From the IMG/VR virus record IMGVR_UViG_3300017659_000001: a DNA stretch of 53,456 nt. One strand, 5' to 3'. This DNA comes from a virus. This document shows, in pieces, positions 24,724-34,867 of the stretch. Both the position numbers and the translations under genes were made by a program. The stretch's first letter is position 1; each line of letters begins with the position of its first letter. A model generated the notes under the pieces. It saw only the letters and a program-made list of their open reading frames with translations, had not been told where the DNA came from and ran no database searches.

Positions 24724-27700
24724 TGATGTAGTGATCACAGTGCGGGTCAGTGACGCGACTGGCCCCGGAATCACCGCCGTGCGCCGCTCCGTCGCTCGGG
24801 TCGGCGACGACGCCAAGAAGAGCAGCGGCGGTTTCGCAGATCTGAAGGCGTCGATGCTGTCACTTGCGCCGGCCGCGGTCCCGGTGGCGGCCGCGCTGGC
24901 GCCGATCGCCGTGCATGCGGGTGCGGCCGGGCTGGCGGTGGCGGCGTTCGGTGCTGCGGTGGGCCCGCAGATCGGCAACATGAAGAGCGCGGCGGACGCG
25001 CAGAAGAAGTACACGGACGCGGTCACGAAGTTCGGGGCGGGCTCGCAGCAGGCTGTGGCCGCGCAGCAGCAGGCGGCGCAGGTGTTGGCGGGGATGCCGC
25101 AGGCGACGCAGCGGGCGGCGGCCGCATATTCGGTGCTCGGGGGCAAGTTCAAGCAGTTCTCGGACTCGACGGCGAAGTTCACGATGGTGCCGGTGGAGCA
25201 TTCGTTCGCGGTGCTCGGGGCGATCATTCCGAAGCTGACGCCGATGGTGGGGGCGACGGCGACGCAGTTGGACCGGCTGATGAAGGTGGCCGGTGGCGGG
25301 GTGAGTACGGCGGCGTTCGACTCGCTGTCGAAGAGGGTGAACGAGTTCGCGAACAGCAGCCTGAAGAGCGCCACGGACAAGGCGATCCACTTCATGCGTG
25401 TGCTGTCGGAGGGCAATGCGCACGGCCCGCTGACGAGCTTCATGGAGTATGCGCGGGAGCAGGGCCCGGCAGTGAAGGAGCTCATCACCAACATCGCGAA
25501 GGCCGTGTCAAACCTGCTGGAGGGGGCGGCGCAGGCCGGGCCGGGGATGCTGACGCTGGTGAATGCGTTCGCCAAGCTGGTGGCCAGTGTGCCGCCGGAG
25601 CTGATCGGCAACCTGATGCAGGTGTACGCCGCGTTCAAGCTGATCAAGCTGGCGGGTGCGGGCATCGCCGGGGTGGCTGGCGGTGTGCAGACGCTGGCGA
25701 CACGGATCACGACTCTGACGACGGCGTCCACTGCGGCGGGCGGCGGGCTGGCGGGGCTGCGCGCGGCGTTTGCGACGCTGGGCACTGCGGCGAAGGCGAC
25801 GGTCGTCGTGGCGGGTATCGCCGCGGTGGCGACGGTGCTGGCGAAGCTGTCCAGTCTGGGTCGTGAGGCGCCGCCGAATGTGGACCGTCTGACCACCAGC
25901 CTGGGGAAGCTGGGTGCCTCGGGGAAGACGTCGGGCGAGGCGGCCCGCCTGTTCGGGGACGACCTTGGGAAGCTCTTTGACTCGGTGCGGAACATCACCG
26001 ACCCGTCCGCGGTGGACGACATTCAGAACGGCTTGGTCAAGGTCTTCTCGCTGGGGATGGCGGATTCGACGCCGTCGAAGGACGCGAGGAAGCGGCTGGA
26101 CGCGATCGATGACGGCCTGACGAACCTGGTGCGGGGCGGGAAAGCGCAGCTCGCGGCGCAGGCGTTGAAGGATCTGTCTGCGGAGTATGGCAAGGGCGGC
26201 CGGGACGTCTCGAAGTTCACGGGGCAGATGGACGATTACAAGGCTGCTCTGGCGGACCAGGCGTTCGAGCAGAAGCTCGCTGCCGAGTCGATGGGGCTCT
26301 TCGGCACGCAGGCGCAGGCGGTGCAGGCGAAGCTCGACGCGCAGAAGGCGTCGGCGGACGGGCTGCGCCAGTCGATCATGGCGCTCAATGAGGCACACCG
26401 GTCGGCGTATGACGCAGAGACGAAGTTCGAGGCGGCGATCGACAACGCCACCAAGTCCATCAAAGACAACGGGCGAACGCTGGACGTCCATACCGAGAAG
26501 GGGCGCGCGAACCGCGACGCCCTGTCTCAGCTCGCGGCGGCCACCGAAGAGTCGGCGGCGAAGGCCAGGGAGAACAATGCGTCCTGGTCGACGATCGCGG
26601 GGATCTTCGACAAGGGCCGCAAGTCGATCTACGACAATGCGCTCGCGATCACGCACAACCGTAAGGAAGCGCAGAAGCTCACCACCACGCTGCTGAACAT
26701 GCCGAAGAGCATGTCGCTGAAGATGCGCACCGAAGACGCCGTGTCCGGCCTCAATAACGTGATCTCGGCGCTGAAGAAGACGCCGAACTCCAAGAGCATC
26801 AAGGTCAAGGCTCTGTCGGCCGACGCGATCAGCATGTTGAAGGACCTCGGCTTCACCGTGAAGAAGCTGCCCGATGGCCGTTTCAAGGTCACCTCGGACA
26901 CGAAGAACGCCCGGCTCAACATCGCTGCGGTGAAGTCGGCGCTCGCCGGGCTAAAGAGCAAGAGCCTCACGCTGTCGGCCCGTGACCGCGCCAGCGCCAC
27001 GGCGCGGGCGATCCAGGCAGCGATCGACAAGGTCCGCGGGAAGACCGTGACGATTACGACGGTGCAACACACCCTGGGCGTGCAAGGCACCGCAGGCCGC
27101 AACGCCCGCAACTACAACAACGCCAACGGCTCCGTCATGCAGTACTTCGCCGATGGCGGGACGCGGGAGCAGCACGTTGCGCAGATGGCCCCCGCGGGGT
27201 CGATGCGGGTGTGGGCGGAGCCGGAGACGGGCGGGGAGGCATACATTCCGCTCGGGTCGCAGAAGCGTGACCGTTCGATGGCGATCCTGGAAGACGTGGC
27301 TGACCGGTTCGGGTACAGCCTGGAAAAGTTCGCGAAGGGCGGTCTGTCGAAGAAGCAGAAGGCCGCGCGGGCGAAGGCCAAGGCGAAGGCGGCTACGGCC
27401 GCCGAGAACTCGGCCCGGCATGACGCGATGGGTGACCTCACCATCTCGCACTTCGGGCATATGGCCGGGTACAAGCGCAGCGAGTTCGGGTCGGCGCTGG
27501 CGAAGCCGGACAGCCTGTCGTCGCTGGTGAACTCGTTGAATCAGTGGGCTTCGATCATCAAGAAGGCCACGCACGGGGCGACCGAGAGCAAGTTGCTGAA
27601 GGCGCTGGACTCGACGGGCCGGAAGCTCCTCGGTTACGAGAAGAGCCTGACGAAGGTCACCGCGTCCCTCGACAAGGCGAAGGACAAGCTCAACTCGTTG

Positions 27701-28570
27701 AAGGACGCGGCTGCTTCGCTGTCGTCGTCGGTGAAGGGCGGTGTCCTCTCCAGCGCGAACATCACCCGGGGCGCCTCCGGCGAGGGTCCGGTCACGATGT
27801 CGTCCATCATGGGCGGCCTCACCGCGAGCAGGGACAAGGCGACCGCGTTCGCCGGCGCGCTGAAGGACCTGAAGAAGAAGGGCGTGTCGAAGGATCTGAT
27901 CCGGCAGATCGCGGAGGCCGGCATTGAGGGCGGCGGGCTGGAGACTGCGGGCGCTCTGCTGGGGGCGTCGGGGTCGGAGATCCAGTCGGCGAACCAGATG
28001 CAGGGGCAGATCAACAAGGCTGCGGGGTCCGCGGGGAAGACGACGGCGGACGCGGTGTACAAGGACGCGATCGCCCGTCAGAGCAAGATCGTGACGGCGT
28101 TGGGGAAGCAGCAGTCGAGGCTGACGACGTCGATGGACAAGCTGACGAAGGCGCTGGAGAAGTCGGTTCAGGCCGCGTTGGGGAAGAAGTCGAAGGCGGG
28201 TAAGGCGTCGGGCGGAATCGTGGGCGCGGCCGCGTCGGGCGGAGTTCGGGGCGGGCTGACGATGGTCGGCGAGCACGGCTTCGAGCTGCTGGACCTGCCA
28301 CCTGGGTCGCGGGTGCTGTCGAATCCGGACTCGCGCCGGAGGCTGGCGGCGGTTCAGGCGCCGTGGGCGTCGATGCTCAACACGCCCCGCCGCCCGGCCG
28401 GTTCCTCCGCGCGGGCCGCCAGTCCGGCCGGCGGGGACGGCCAGCCGATCGTGATCCAGGTCCGTATCGGTGAGCGCGAATTCGGCGAGCTGTGGGTGGA
28501 CGCGGGCCGGCGTGCGGTGAAAGCGCGTGGCTCGATCGAGGCGACCCTGCGGCCGCCGCGCGGCAGGTAG
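24716..28570 (+). CDS. Tape measure protein (1284 aa)
   Basis: ATG 24716 in ORF 24683..28570, preceded by GGAGGGGAGG. Ala/Gly/Lys-rich coiled-coil sequence with hydrophobic segments. Confidence 0.95.
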   Translation: MADDVVITVRVSDATGPGITAVRRSVARVGDDAKKSSGGFADLKASMLSLAPAAVPVAAALAPIAVHAGAAGLAVAAFGAAVGPQIGNMKSAADAQKKYTDAVTKFGAGSQQAVAAQQQAAQVLAGMPQATQRAAAAYSVLGGKFKQFSDSTAKFTMVPVEHSFAVLGAIIPKLTPMVGATATQLDRLMKVAGGGVSTAAFDSLSKRVNEFANSSLKSATDKAIHFMRVLSEGNAHGPLTSFMEYAREQGPAVKELITNIAKAVSNLLEGAAQAGPGMLTLVNAFAKLVASVPPELIGNLMQVYAAFKLIKLAGAGIAGVAGGVQTLATRITTLTTASTAAGGGLAGLRAAFATLGTAAKATVVVAGIAAVATVLAKLSSLGREAPPNVDRLTTSLGKLGASGKTSGEAARLFGDDLGKLFDSVRNITDPSAVDDIQNGLVKVFSLGMADSTPSKDARKRLDAIDDGLTNLVRGGKAQLAAQALKDLSAEYGKGGRDVSKFTGQMDDYKAALADQAFEQKLAAESMGLFGTQAQAVQAKLDAQKASADGLRQSIMALNEAHRSAYDAETKFEAAIDNATKSIKDNGRTLDVHTEKGRANRDALSQLAAATEESAAKARENNASWSTIAGIFDKGRKSIYDNALAITHNRKEAQKLTTTLLNMPKSMSLKMRTEDAVSGLNNVISALKKTPNSKSIKVKALSADAISMLKDLGFTVKKLPDGRFKVTSDTKNARLNIAAVKSALAGLKSKSLTLSARDRASATARAIQAAIDKVRGKTVTITTVQHTLGVQGTAGRNARNYNNANGSVMQYFADGGTREQHVAQMAPAGSMRVWAEPETGGEAYIPLGSQKRDRSMAILEDVADRFGYSLEKFAKGGLSKKQKAARAKAKAKAATAAENSARHDAMGDLTISHFGHMAGYKRSEFGSALAKPDSLSSLVNSLNQWASIIKKATHGATESKLLKALDSTGRKLLGYEKSLTKVTASLDKAKDKLNSLKDAAASLSSSVKGGVLSSANITRGASGEGPVTMSSIMGGLTASRDKATAFAGALKDLKKKGVSKDLIRQIAEAGIEGGGLETAGALLGASGSEIQSANQMQGQINKAAGSAGKTTADAVYKDAIARQSKIVTALGKQQSRLTTSMDKLTKALEKSVQAALGKKSKAGKASGGIVGAAASGGVRGGLTMVGEHGFELLDLPPGSRVLSNPDSRRRLAAVQAPWASMLNTPRRPAGSSARAASPAGGDGQPIVIQVRIGEREFGELWVDAGRRAVKARGSIEATLRPPRGR

Positions 28571-28584
28571 AGAGAGGAACGAGA

Positions 28585-29094
28585 GTGCCCTTCATTACGT
28601 GGAACGGTCCGGCTCCGACTACTGCGGCGCAGCAGTCGGTGACGACCGGCACCAGCATCAAGACGATGTTGCAGCTGGCCACGCCGTCGACGCGGCAGAT
28701 TCAGCTGCTGGAGTGGGGTTGGTCGTCGGATGACCCGCCGGGTGCGGACGGTGTGATTGAGCTGCTGCAAACCGACGTCGCTGCGACGGTGACCCAGCAC
28801 GCGGCCGCTGGTGTGCAGAACTTGGACCCGAACGGTTCGGCGTCTCTGCTGACGCTGGGCACTGCGGCGACTGGCTACACGTCGTCGGCGGAGGGCTCGA
28901 CGACCGCGAGCCGGGTGTTCGACGCGATCTCGCTGTCGTCGGTGTCTGGCGAGTCAGGGCTGTCGTACGTGCGGCAGTGGATGCCCGACGCCCGGCCGAT
29001 CATCCCCGTCTCCAAGTTTCTGCGGGTCCGCGCGACGACGCCGACCACTGCGATCGACCTGCGCTGCTACATCGTCTTCCAAGAGGTGGGCTGA
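28585..29094 (+). CDS. Small beta-rich tail-module protein, function unknown (169 aa)
   Basis: GTG 28585 in ORF 28492..29094, preceded by GAGAGAGGAA. Confidence 0.7.
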   Translation: MPFITWNGPAPTTAAQQSVTTGTSIKTMLQLATPSTRQIQLLEWGWSSDDPPGADGVIELLQTDVAATVTQHAAAGVQNLDPNGSASLLTLGTAATGYTSSAEGSTTASRVFDAISLSSVSGESGLSYVRQWMPDARPIIPVSKFLRVRATTPTTAIDLRCYIVFQEVG

Positions 29095-29097
29095 CCG

Positions 29098-31941
29098 ATG
29101 CCCACGATCGCCCCACTCGTCGCAGCGTGGAAGCGCCGCGCCCGCAACCTGCCCGGCCCGCTCGCCGGGACGGGGGAGGCCTCCAACGGGCAGCCCGTGC
29201 AGGTGGAGATGCTCGTCTCCGGCGTGTGGGTCGACATCACCGCGTACGTGATGGTGCGGGACGACAGCGGGCAGATTTCCATCACGTCAGGGATCCGCGA
29301 CGAGGGCTCGCAGACCGAGGCGGGGTCGGCCGCCCTGGAGCTCCGGGACACGGACGGGCGGTTTTCGCCGCGGAATCCGTCGGGCCCGTACTTCGGGCTG
29401 ATCGGCCGGAATACTCCGCTGCGGATCAGCGTGCCGGACGGCCTCGGCGGCAAGTCGTACCGGCTGTGGGGTGAGGTGTCGGAGTGGGCGCCGAACTGGG
29501 ACATGACGGGGACGGACGTGTGGACGGACGTGACGGTGTCGGGGATCCTGCGGCGCCTGGCGCAGGGTCCGGTCCCGGAGCGGTCGGTGATCTACGGCGC
29601 GGTGACGGATCCTCTGTCGTCGGCGGTGGTGGCGTACTGGCCGTGCGAGGACCCCACCGATTCCACTTCTCTGGCGAGTGCGCTGACGACCGGGTCGGCG
29701 ATGACGTGGACCGGCGCGCCCACCCTTGCCAGCTACGAGGGGTTCGCCGCGTCGGATCCGCTGCCGGATCTCACCACGGCCACCCTGTCCGGCGGCATCC
29801 CCAAGTACGACGACCCGACGGCCACACAGATCCGCTTCCTCGCGCACATCCCTACCGACGGCCTCTCCAACGGCAAGGTGCTGTGCGCGTTCGACCAGGT
29901 CGACTACAGCGCCGGGTCGCCGCAGTTCTGGGAGCTGTACTACAGCACCACCACCAGGTCCCTGACCATGCGGACGTGCGCGTCCGACGGCACCAACCTC
30001 GGCGCCGACCTCGCCCACGACTTCGATGTCCGCGGCCGCCTCCTCTACATCTCCGTCGAGCAGCAGGAATCCGGGACCGGTGTGACGCGGGCGCTGCGCC
30101 TGACGGACGTGACGACGGGCACGGTGTACAGCGCCACCGACACCGCGACGCTCACTCAGCTGACGCGGGTGACGAAAATCCAGTTCGGTCCGGCGTCCCG
30201 CAGCGTGGTGGGCCCGGTCGGCAGCGCGTTCCTTCCGGGGGTGGCGGTCGGGCATGTGACGGTGGAGAACGCGGTCACGGCGGTCGATGTGCTCGGCGCG
30301 CGCCTCAACCCGATCGGCGAGGCGGCCGGGCGCCGGGTTCAGCGCCTGTGCGGCGAGGAAGGGATTCCGTTCGGCTGGATCGGCGACCTCGACGACACGG
30401 TGCTGTTGGGCGCGCAGGGCAGGCAGAACACGCTGGCGCTGGTGCAGGAGGCGGTGCTCGCTGACGGCGGCCTGCTGTACGAGAACCCGATGTCGGGGCT
30501 GGGGTTCCGGGCGCGGTCGTCGCTGTACAACCAGGATGCGGCGCTCGTGCTGGACTACCCGAGCTTCAACCTGGCGCGGATTCCGGTGCCGGTGGAGGAC
30601 GACCGGTACGTCCAGAACAAGATCACGATCACCGTGGGCGGGGTGAGCGCCTCCTACGAGGAGACCGGCGGTGTCCTGTCGACGGCGTATCCGCCTGCCG
30701 GGGTGGGCCCGTACGGGCAGGACCTGACGCTGAACCTGTCCAGCACGGCGACCGCAACCTTGAAGGATCATGCGGCGTGGCGGGTGCACCTCGGCACGGT
30801 CAACGAGGCGAGGTTCCCGCAGATCAGCGTCAACCTCGCGCACTCGTCGATCACCCCGGCCATGCGGCGCGCCATCCTCGGCCTGCGCCTCGGGGACCGG
30901 ATCCAGGTGACGAACCCGCCCGCCTGGCTGCCGCCGGACACCATCGACCAGCTCGTGCTCGGCGTCGAGGAGCAGATCACCCACTTTGAGCACCGGCTGA
31001 CGTTCATGTGCGCGCCGGCGTCCCCGTACGCGGTCGGGGTGCTGGACGCGGCGTCGGCCCGCGTCGACAACGACTCGACGCTGCTGGCCGCGGTCGGTGC
31101 GGCGGACACGTCGCTGGTGGTGGTGCCTGCGGTGGCGGATGGTGCGTTGTGGACGACGGACACCGCGGATCTGCCGTTCGATGTGCGGGTGGGCGGCGAG
31201 GTCGTGCGCGTCACGAACGTCACGCCGTGGCTGGCGGATACGTTCACGCGGTCCGCGTCGAGCAGCTGGGGGACGGCGGATACGGGGCAGGCGTGGTCGG
31301 TGTCGGGTGGCAGCGCTGTCGACTATGCGGTGGCGGCGGGGGTGGGTTCGCACACGCTGACCTCGTTGAACGTGTCCCGCCGTAGCTTCACGGACACGAC
31401 GATCGTGGACTTCGACTACTACTGCGATGTCGCCGTGTCCGCGACCGCCACCGGCGGCTCGATCTTCGGCGGCCCGACCGGCCGCTACCTCGACTCCGAC
31501 AACCTCTACATGGCGAGGTTGGAGTTCGACACGTCCAGCGTGGTGACCCTGACGATCCGCAAGCGCATCGACGCAACCGAGGGTGTGCTCGGCACGTACG
31601 TCCTGCCGGGCACGTACACGTCGGGCGTCTACTACCGGGTCCGGTTCCGGATTCAGGGCGCCGTGCTTAAGGCGAAGGCGTGGCTGGCGGCGTCTGAGGT
31701 GGAGACCCCGGAGTGGCAGATCACCGCGGTGGACGGATCTATCTCCACCACCGCCTATTTCGGGGCGCGGTCGATCTTGTCGAGCGCCAACACGAACGTG
31801 AACCCGGTCGTCTCGTACGACAACGTCAATGTCGTCTCCCCGCAGACGTTCACCGTGACCCGCTCCATCAACGGCGTCACCAAGGCGCACAGCGCGGGCG
31901 AGGCCCTCTCGCTCGCCACCCCCGTATATCTCGCCCTGTAA
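29098..31941 (+). CDS. Distal tail protein (Dit) fused to a large tail-tip/fibre extension (947 aa)
   Basis: ORF track. N-terminal ITSGIRDEGSQTEAGSAALELRDTDGRFSPRNPSGPY is Dit-like. The C-terminus looks like a jelly-roll domain. Confidence 0.85.
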   Translation: MPTIAPLVAAWKRRARNLPGPLAGTGEASNGQPVQVEMLVSGVWVDITAYVMVRDDSGQISITSGIRDEGSQTEAGSAALELRDTDGRFSPRNPSGPYFGLIGRNTPLRISVPDGLGGKSYRLWGEVSEWAPNWDMTGTDVWTDVTVSGILRRLAQGPVPERSVIYGAVTDPLSSAVVAYWPCEDPTDSTSLASALTTGSAMTWTGAPTLASYEGFAASDPLPDLTTATLSGGIPKYDDPTATQIRFLAHIPTDGLSNGKVLCAFDQVDYSAGSPQFWELYYSTTTRSLTMRTCASDGTNLGADLAHDFDVRGRLLYISVEQQESGTGVTRALRLTDVTTGTVYSATDTATLTQLTRVTKIQFGPASRSVVGPVGSAFLPGVAVGHVTVENAVTAVDVLGARLNPIGEAAGRRVQRLCGEEGIPFGWIGDLDDTVLLGAQGRQNTLALVQEAVLADGGLLYENPMSGLGFRARSSLYNQDAALVLDYPSFNLARIPVPVEDDRYVQNKITITVGGVSASYEETGGVLSTAYPPAGVGPYGQDLTLNLSSTATATLKDHAAWRVHLGTVNEARFPQISVNLAHSSITPAMRRAILGLRLGDRIQVTNPPAWLPPDTIDQLVLGVEEQITHFEHRLTFMCAPASPYAVGVLDAASARVDNDSTLLAAVGAADTSLVVVPAVADGALWTTDTADLPFDVRVGGEVVRVTNVTPWLADTFTRSASSSWGTADTGQAWSVSGGSAVDYAVAAGVGSHTLTSLNVSRRSFTDTTIVDFDYYCDVAVSATATGGSIFGGPTGRYLDSDNLYMARLEFDTSSVVTLTIRKRIDATEGVLGTYVLPGTYTSGVYYRVRFRIQGAVLKAKAWLAASEVETPEWQITAVDGSISTTAYFGARSILSSANTNVNPVVSYDNVNVVSPQTFTVTRSINGVTKAHSAGEALSLATPVYLAL

Positions 31942-31951
31942 GGAGGCACCC

Positions 31952-32512
31952 ATGGCTGAGGCCTATCCGACGTATCTCGGGGGGCAGCGCATCACGGCGG
32001 CCTTCCTGCGTTCGGGGCAGGAGCAGGTGGCCCGCAAGACCGCCGACACGTCGCGGGCCGCGACCACGACGACCGTGGCCGACCCGCATTTGCAGTTCGA
32101 CGTCCTCGCGAACGCGGTGTACCGGTGGCACGGCTGGATCAAGTACGACGGGCCGACCGCCGCCGACCTCAACGTCGATTTCTCCGCGCCGTCCGGGGCG
32201 CTGGGCGAGTGGATGGCGATCGGTGCCGGCCACTCGCCGGTGATCGGGTCGTCGTCTGCGCCTGCGCTGATCACGGATACGCAGGATGCGCGCGGCTATC
32301 TGATGCGGGTGGAGACGAACGACGTCACGAGCGCGCGTTCGTACGGCTGTCTGGGGACGGGCGGGATCCCGCTGACCTTGCAGTTGAACGGGACGCTGCG
32401 GGTCGCCTCGACGGGCGGGACGTTCTCGCTGGACTGGGCGCAGCTCGTGTCGAATGCGACCGCTTGCACGCTCTACACGGATTCGTGGCTGTCGATGCTG
32501 CGGGTCGCCTGA
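31952..32512 (+). CDS. Minor tail/receptor-binding candidate (186 aa)
   Basis: ORF track. AAGGAGG upstream. Confidence 0.7.
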   Translation: MAEAYPTYLGGQRITAAFLRSGQEQVARKTADTSRAATTTTVADPHLQFDVLANAVYRWHGWIKYDGPTAADLNVDFSAPSGALGEWMAIGAGHSPVIGSSSAPALITDTQDARGYLMRVETNDVTSARSYGCLGTGGIPLTLQLNGTLRVASTGGTFSLDWAQLVSNATACTLYTDSWLSMLRVA

Positions 32513-32523
32513 GAGGGGTTGGT

Positions 32524-32721
32524 GTGGCTACCTACGTGATCACAGGGAAGAGCCCGAGTGGGGAGCCGTTGGTGTCGGTGCAGGTCGCTGCGATCAATCA
32601 GGAGCAGCACGTGGTGGACGACATCGACGTGGTCGGTGCGGTCCGCGGGTTTCTGCTGGGGCTGCCTGAGGTGGGGTCGGTGGTGGCGCAGCGGTACGAG
32701 CAGGTCATCACCGTCATATGA
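32524..32721 (+). CDS. Hypothetical protein (65 aa)
   Basis: GTG 32524 in ORF 32125..32721, after GAGAGGGG. Confidence 0.5.
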   Translation: MATYVITGKSPSGEPLVSVQVAAINQEQHVVDDIDVVGAVRGFLLGLPEVGSVVAQRYEQVITVI

Positions 32722-32735
32722 GAGAGAAGGCTGAC

Positions 32736-33632
32736 ATGGCCACACCGATGACGGCCGCTCAGGTCGTCGCCCAGCTGAAGAAGTGGGGCCTCCACCATGT
32801 GGAGATCCCCGGCTGGGCTACCCACAACCGGGCCGGGCACGGCGCTTGGGGCCCGGTGAACGGGCTCATCTGGCATCACACCGGCGCCGACGTGACCGAC
32901 GCGAAGGCGTACGCCGCGGGCACCCTGTACAACGGGCTCGCCGATCTGCCCGGCCCGCTCTGCCACTTCAGCATCGGCACCGACGGCGCCGTGTACCTGG
33001 TGGGCTGGGGCCGCGCGAACCATGCCGGCGGCGGCGATCCGGCCGTTCTCGCGCATGTGGTGAACGAGGACTACGCCGGGCAGATGCACCCGACGCGCGG
33101 CAACTTGAACGGCGTCGACGGCAACAGCCACTTCTACGGGGTGGAGATCCAGTACTCCGGCTCGCACGAGATGACCGCTGCTCAGTACGTTGCGGCACGG
33201 CGGCTGTCAGCGGCGGTCCTCGACTTCCACGGCTGGTCGGAGAAGTCCGTCATTGGGCATGGCGAGTGGTCGTCGGACAAGTGGGACCCCGGCTATGCGG
33301 CCGGGAAGATCATGGCGATGCCTGTGGTGCGGGCGGATGTGAAGGCGACACGCGCGGCTGGGCCGACGGCCAGTGTCCCGACGCCGCCGAGCACGAGCGA
33401 GGAGACCGGTATGAAGCTGTCCGACGCGGTGACGGTCGGTCCGTGGGTGAAGGCTCAGTGGCCGGACGACGTGGGGTTGCAGGACGGGGCGGTGTCGGTG
33501 AACACGGCGCTCGGCTCGACGTACGGGCATGCGCGGGCTGCGCATGAAGGTGTAGATGCGCTGCGCGCGGAGGTCGTGGATCTGCGGGCCGCGCTGGCGA
33601 AGCTGACTCAGCTGCTCACGAAGGGAGCTTGA
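32736..33632 (+). CDS. Endolysin, N-acetylmuramoyl-L-alanine amidase (amidase_2/PGRP-type) with an unassigned coiled-coil C-terminus
   Basis: ORF 32718..33632. ATG 32736 follows GAGAGAAGG. Motifs WHHTG, GWGRANHAGGG, YGVEI, VIGHGEW. Confidence 0.9.
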   Translation: MATPMTAAQVVAQLKKWGLHHVEIPGWATHNRAGHGAWGPVNGLIWHHTGADVTDAKAYAAGTLYNGLADLPGPLCHFSIGTDGAVYLVGWGRANHAGGGDPAVLAHVVNEDYAGQMHPTRGNLNGVDGNSHFYGVEIQYSGSHEMTAAQYVAARRLSAAVLDFHGWSEKSVIGHGEWSSDKWDPGYAAGKIMAMPVVRADVKATRAAGPTASVPTPPSTSEETGMKLSDAVTVGPWVKAQWPDDVGLQDGAVSVNTALGSTYGHARAAHEGVDALRAEVVDLRAALAKLTQLLTKGA

Positions 33633-33635
33633 CCC

Positions 33636-33836
33636 GTGAAGGTGTCGAAGATGTGGAAGGCGATCACCGCCGCGGTCGTTGCGGGCGGCGGGTCCCTGGT
33701 GACTGCGCTCGATGACGGCACGATCACCACGCAGGAGGGTCTCACTGCGGTGGTGGCTGTGCTCGGGGCGCTCGGTCTGACGTGGGCGGTGCCGAACCGG
33801 CAGACGGCCCGGCACGCTGCTCCGCCCATCGAGTAG
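33636..33836 (+). CDS. Holin candidate (two TM, 66 aa)
   Basis: ORF track. Directly after the endolysin. Confidence 0.65.
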   Translation: MKVSKMWKAITAAVVAGGGSLVTALDDGTITTQEGLTAVVAVLGALGLTWAVPNRQTARHAAPPIE

Positions 33837-33844
33837 GAGGTCCG

Positions 33845-34105
33845 TTGGACGCCACCACCCTCGGCGCGATGCTCGCCTGCGTGGGCGTCGTGTCCGGTTC
33901 GGTGGTGACGTTCGTCGGCAAGCGCGGCGAGGGCCGGAACGCGTTGACGGACCAGCTGCAAGAGGAGCTGACGTCGGAGCGCGCCGAGCGTAAGGCCACG
34001 CAGGTGGAGGTCGATGTCCTGCACCAGCGCAGGCGCGATGACTTGATCAGGATCACTTTGCTGGAGATAGAGATCATTCGACTCGGAGGAACCCTGCCCC
34101 CATGA
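33845..34105 (+). CDS. TM plus coiled-coil lysis-cassette protein (86 aa)
   Basis: TTG 33845 after TAGGAGG, in the frame of ORF 33782..34105. GAMLACVGVVSGSVVTFV followed by charged heptad-like sequence. Confidence 0.55.
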   Translation: MDATTLGAMLACVGVVSGSVVTFVGKRGEGRNALTDQLQEELTSERAERKATQVEVDVLHQRRRDDLIRITLLEIEIIRLGGTLPP

Positions 34106-34785
34106 CCCGTACTGAGCGCGCGATCGTGCTGCACTGGCGCGGTCTGGCCACCTTGTGCGCGATCGTCGCTCTGTTCGGGATTGCGTGGGCGACGTGGCAT
34201 CGTCTTGATGCTGATCGGGCGGCGTCTGATCGCCGGTATGCGGCGGCGACGGCGGAGGCGGACCTGCGGGGGACGGCGGTGTCGACGTTGGCGGGGGATG
34301 TGCGGGCGCTGCGTCAGCAGATCAAGTCGCGGGGTGGGACTCCGGTTGCTCCGGATCCGACGAAGGCCGTGAACAACTTGCCGGACCGGGCTGAGGTGCC
34401 GGTGCCGATCCCAGGGCCGGCCGGACCCTCGGGATCATCGGGCCCGTCCGGGGCGCCGGGCCAGGCTGGCGCGAGCGGCCAGCCCGGACCGAGCGGCGCG
34501 CCCGGCGCGGTCGGCGCGACAGGGCCTGCTGGGGTGCAGGGAGCGACGGGCCCGCGGGGCGAGCCTGGCGCGGTCGGCCCGCAGGGCGAGCAGGGCCCGA
34601 AGGGCGACACCGGCGAGCAGGGCCCGGCTGGGGAGTCGTGTCCGGACGGGTACGGCTGGCAGGCCCCGTCGTATGACCCGGATGCGCTGGTCTGCCGCAA
34701 GGACGGGGCGCCGGATCCGGGGGACAGCGAGACGCCGCAGCCGCAGGCGGCGGGGCTGGACCCGCAACGCCGTCTGTACGTGTAG
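34102..34785 (+). CDS. Membrane-anchored collagen-like (Gly-X-Y) protein
   Basis: ORF track. N-terminal LATLCAIVALFGIAWATW, about 24 uninterrupted GXY triplets, and a Cys-containing C-terminal domain. Confidence 0.8.
   Translation: MTRTERAIVLHWRGLATLCAIVALFGIAWATWHRLDADRAASDRRYAAATAEADLRGTAVSTLAGDVRALRQQIKSRGGTPVAPDPTKAVNNLPDRAEVPVPIPGPAGPSGSSGPSGAPGQAGASGQPGPSGAPGAVGATGPAGVQGATGPRGEPGAVGPQGEQGPKGDTGEQGPAGESCPDGYGWQAPSYDPDALVCRKDGAPDPGDSETPQPQAAGLDPQRRLYV
34414..34629 (+). repeat. Coding Gly-X-Y triplet repeat (about 24 units)
   Basis: GPAGPSGSSGPSGAPGQAGASGQPGPSGAPGAVGATGPAGVQGATGPRGEPGAVGPQGEQGPKGDTGEQGPA. Confidence 0.9.
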
Positions 34786-34867
34786 AGGGGAGGTGAGGCC
34801 GATGCTGGACGTGCTCGTGCAGATCGTCGTGTCCCTGTCGCTCTGTCTCTGAACGGCGCCATGCTGC

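Noticed and set aside
34414-34629. GC-rich triplet periodicity as a non-coding satellite or recombination hotspot.
   Set aside because: It is an uninterrupted in-frame Gly-X-Y coding repeat within a well-delimited ORF.
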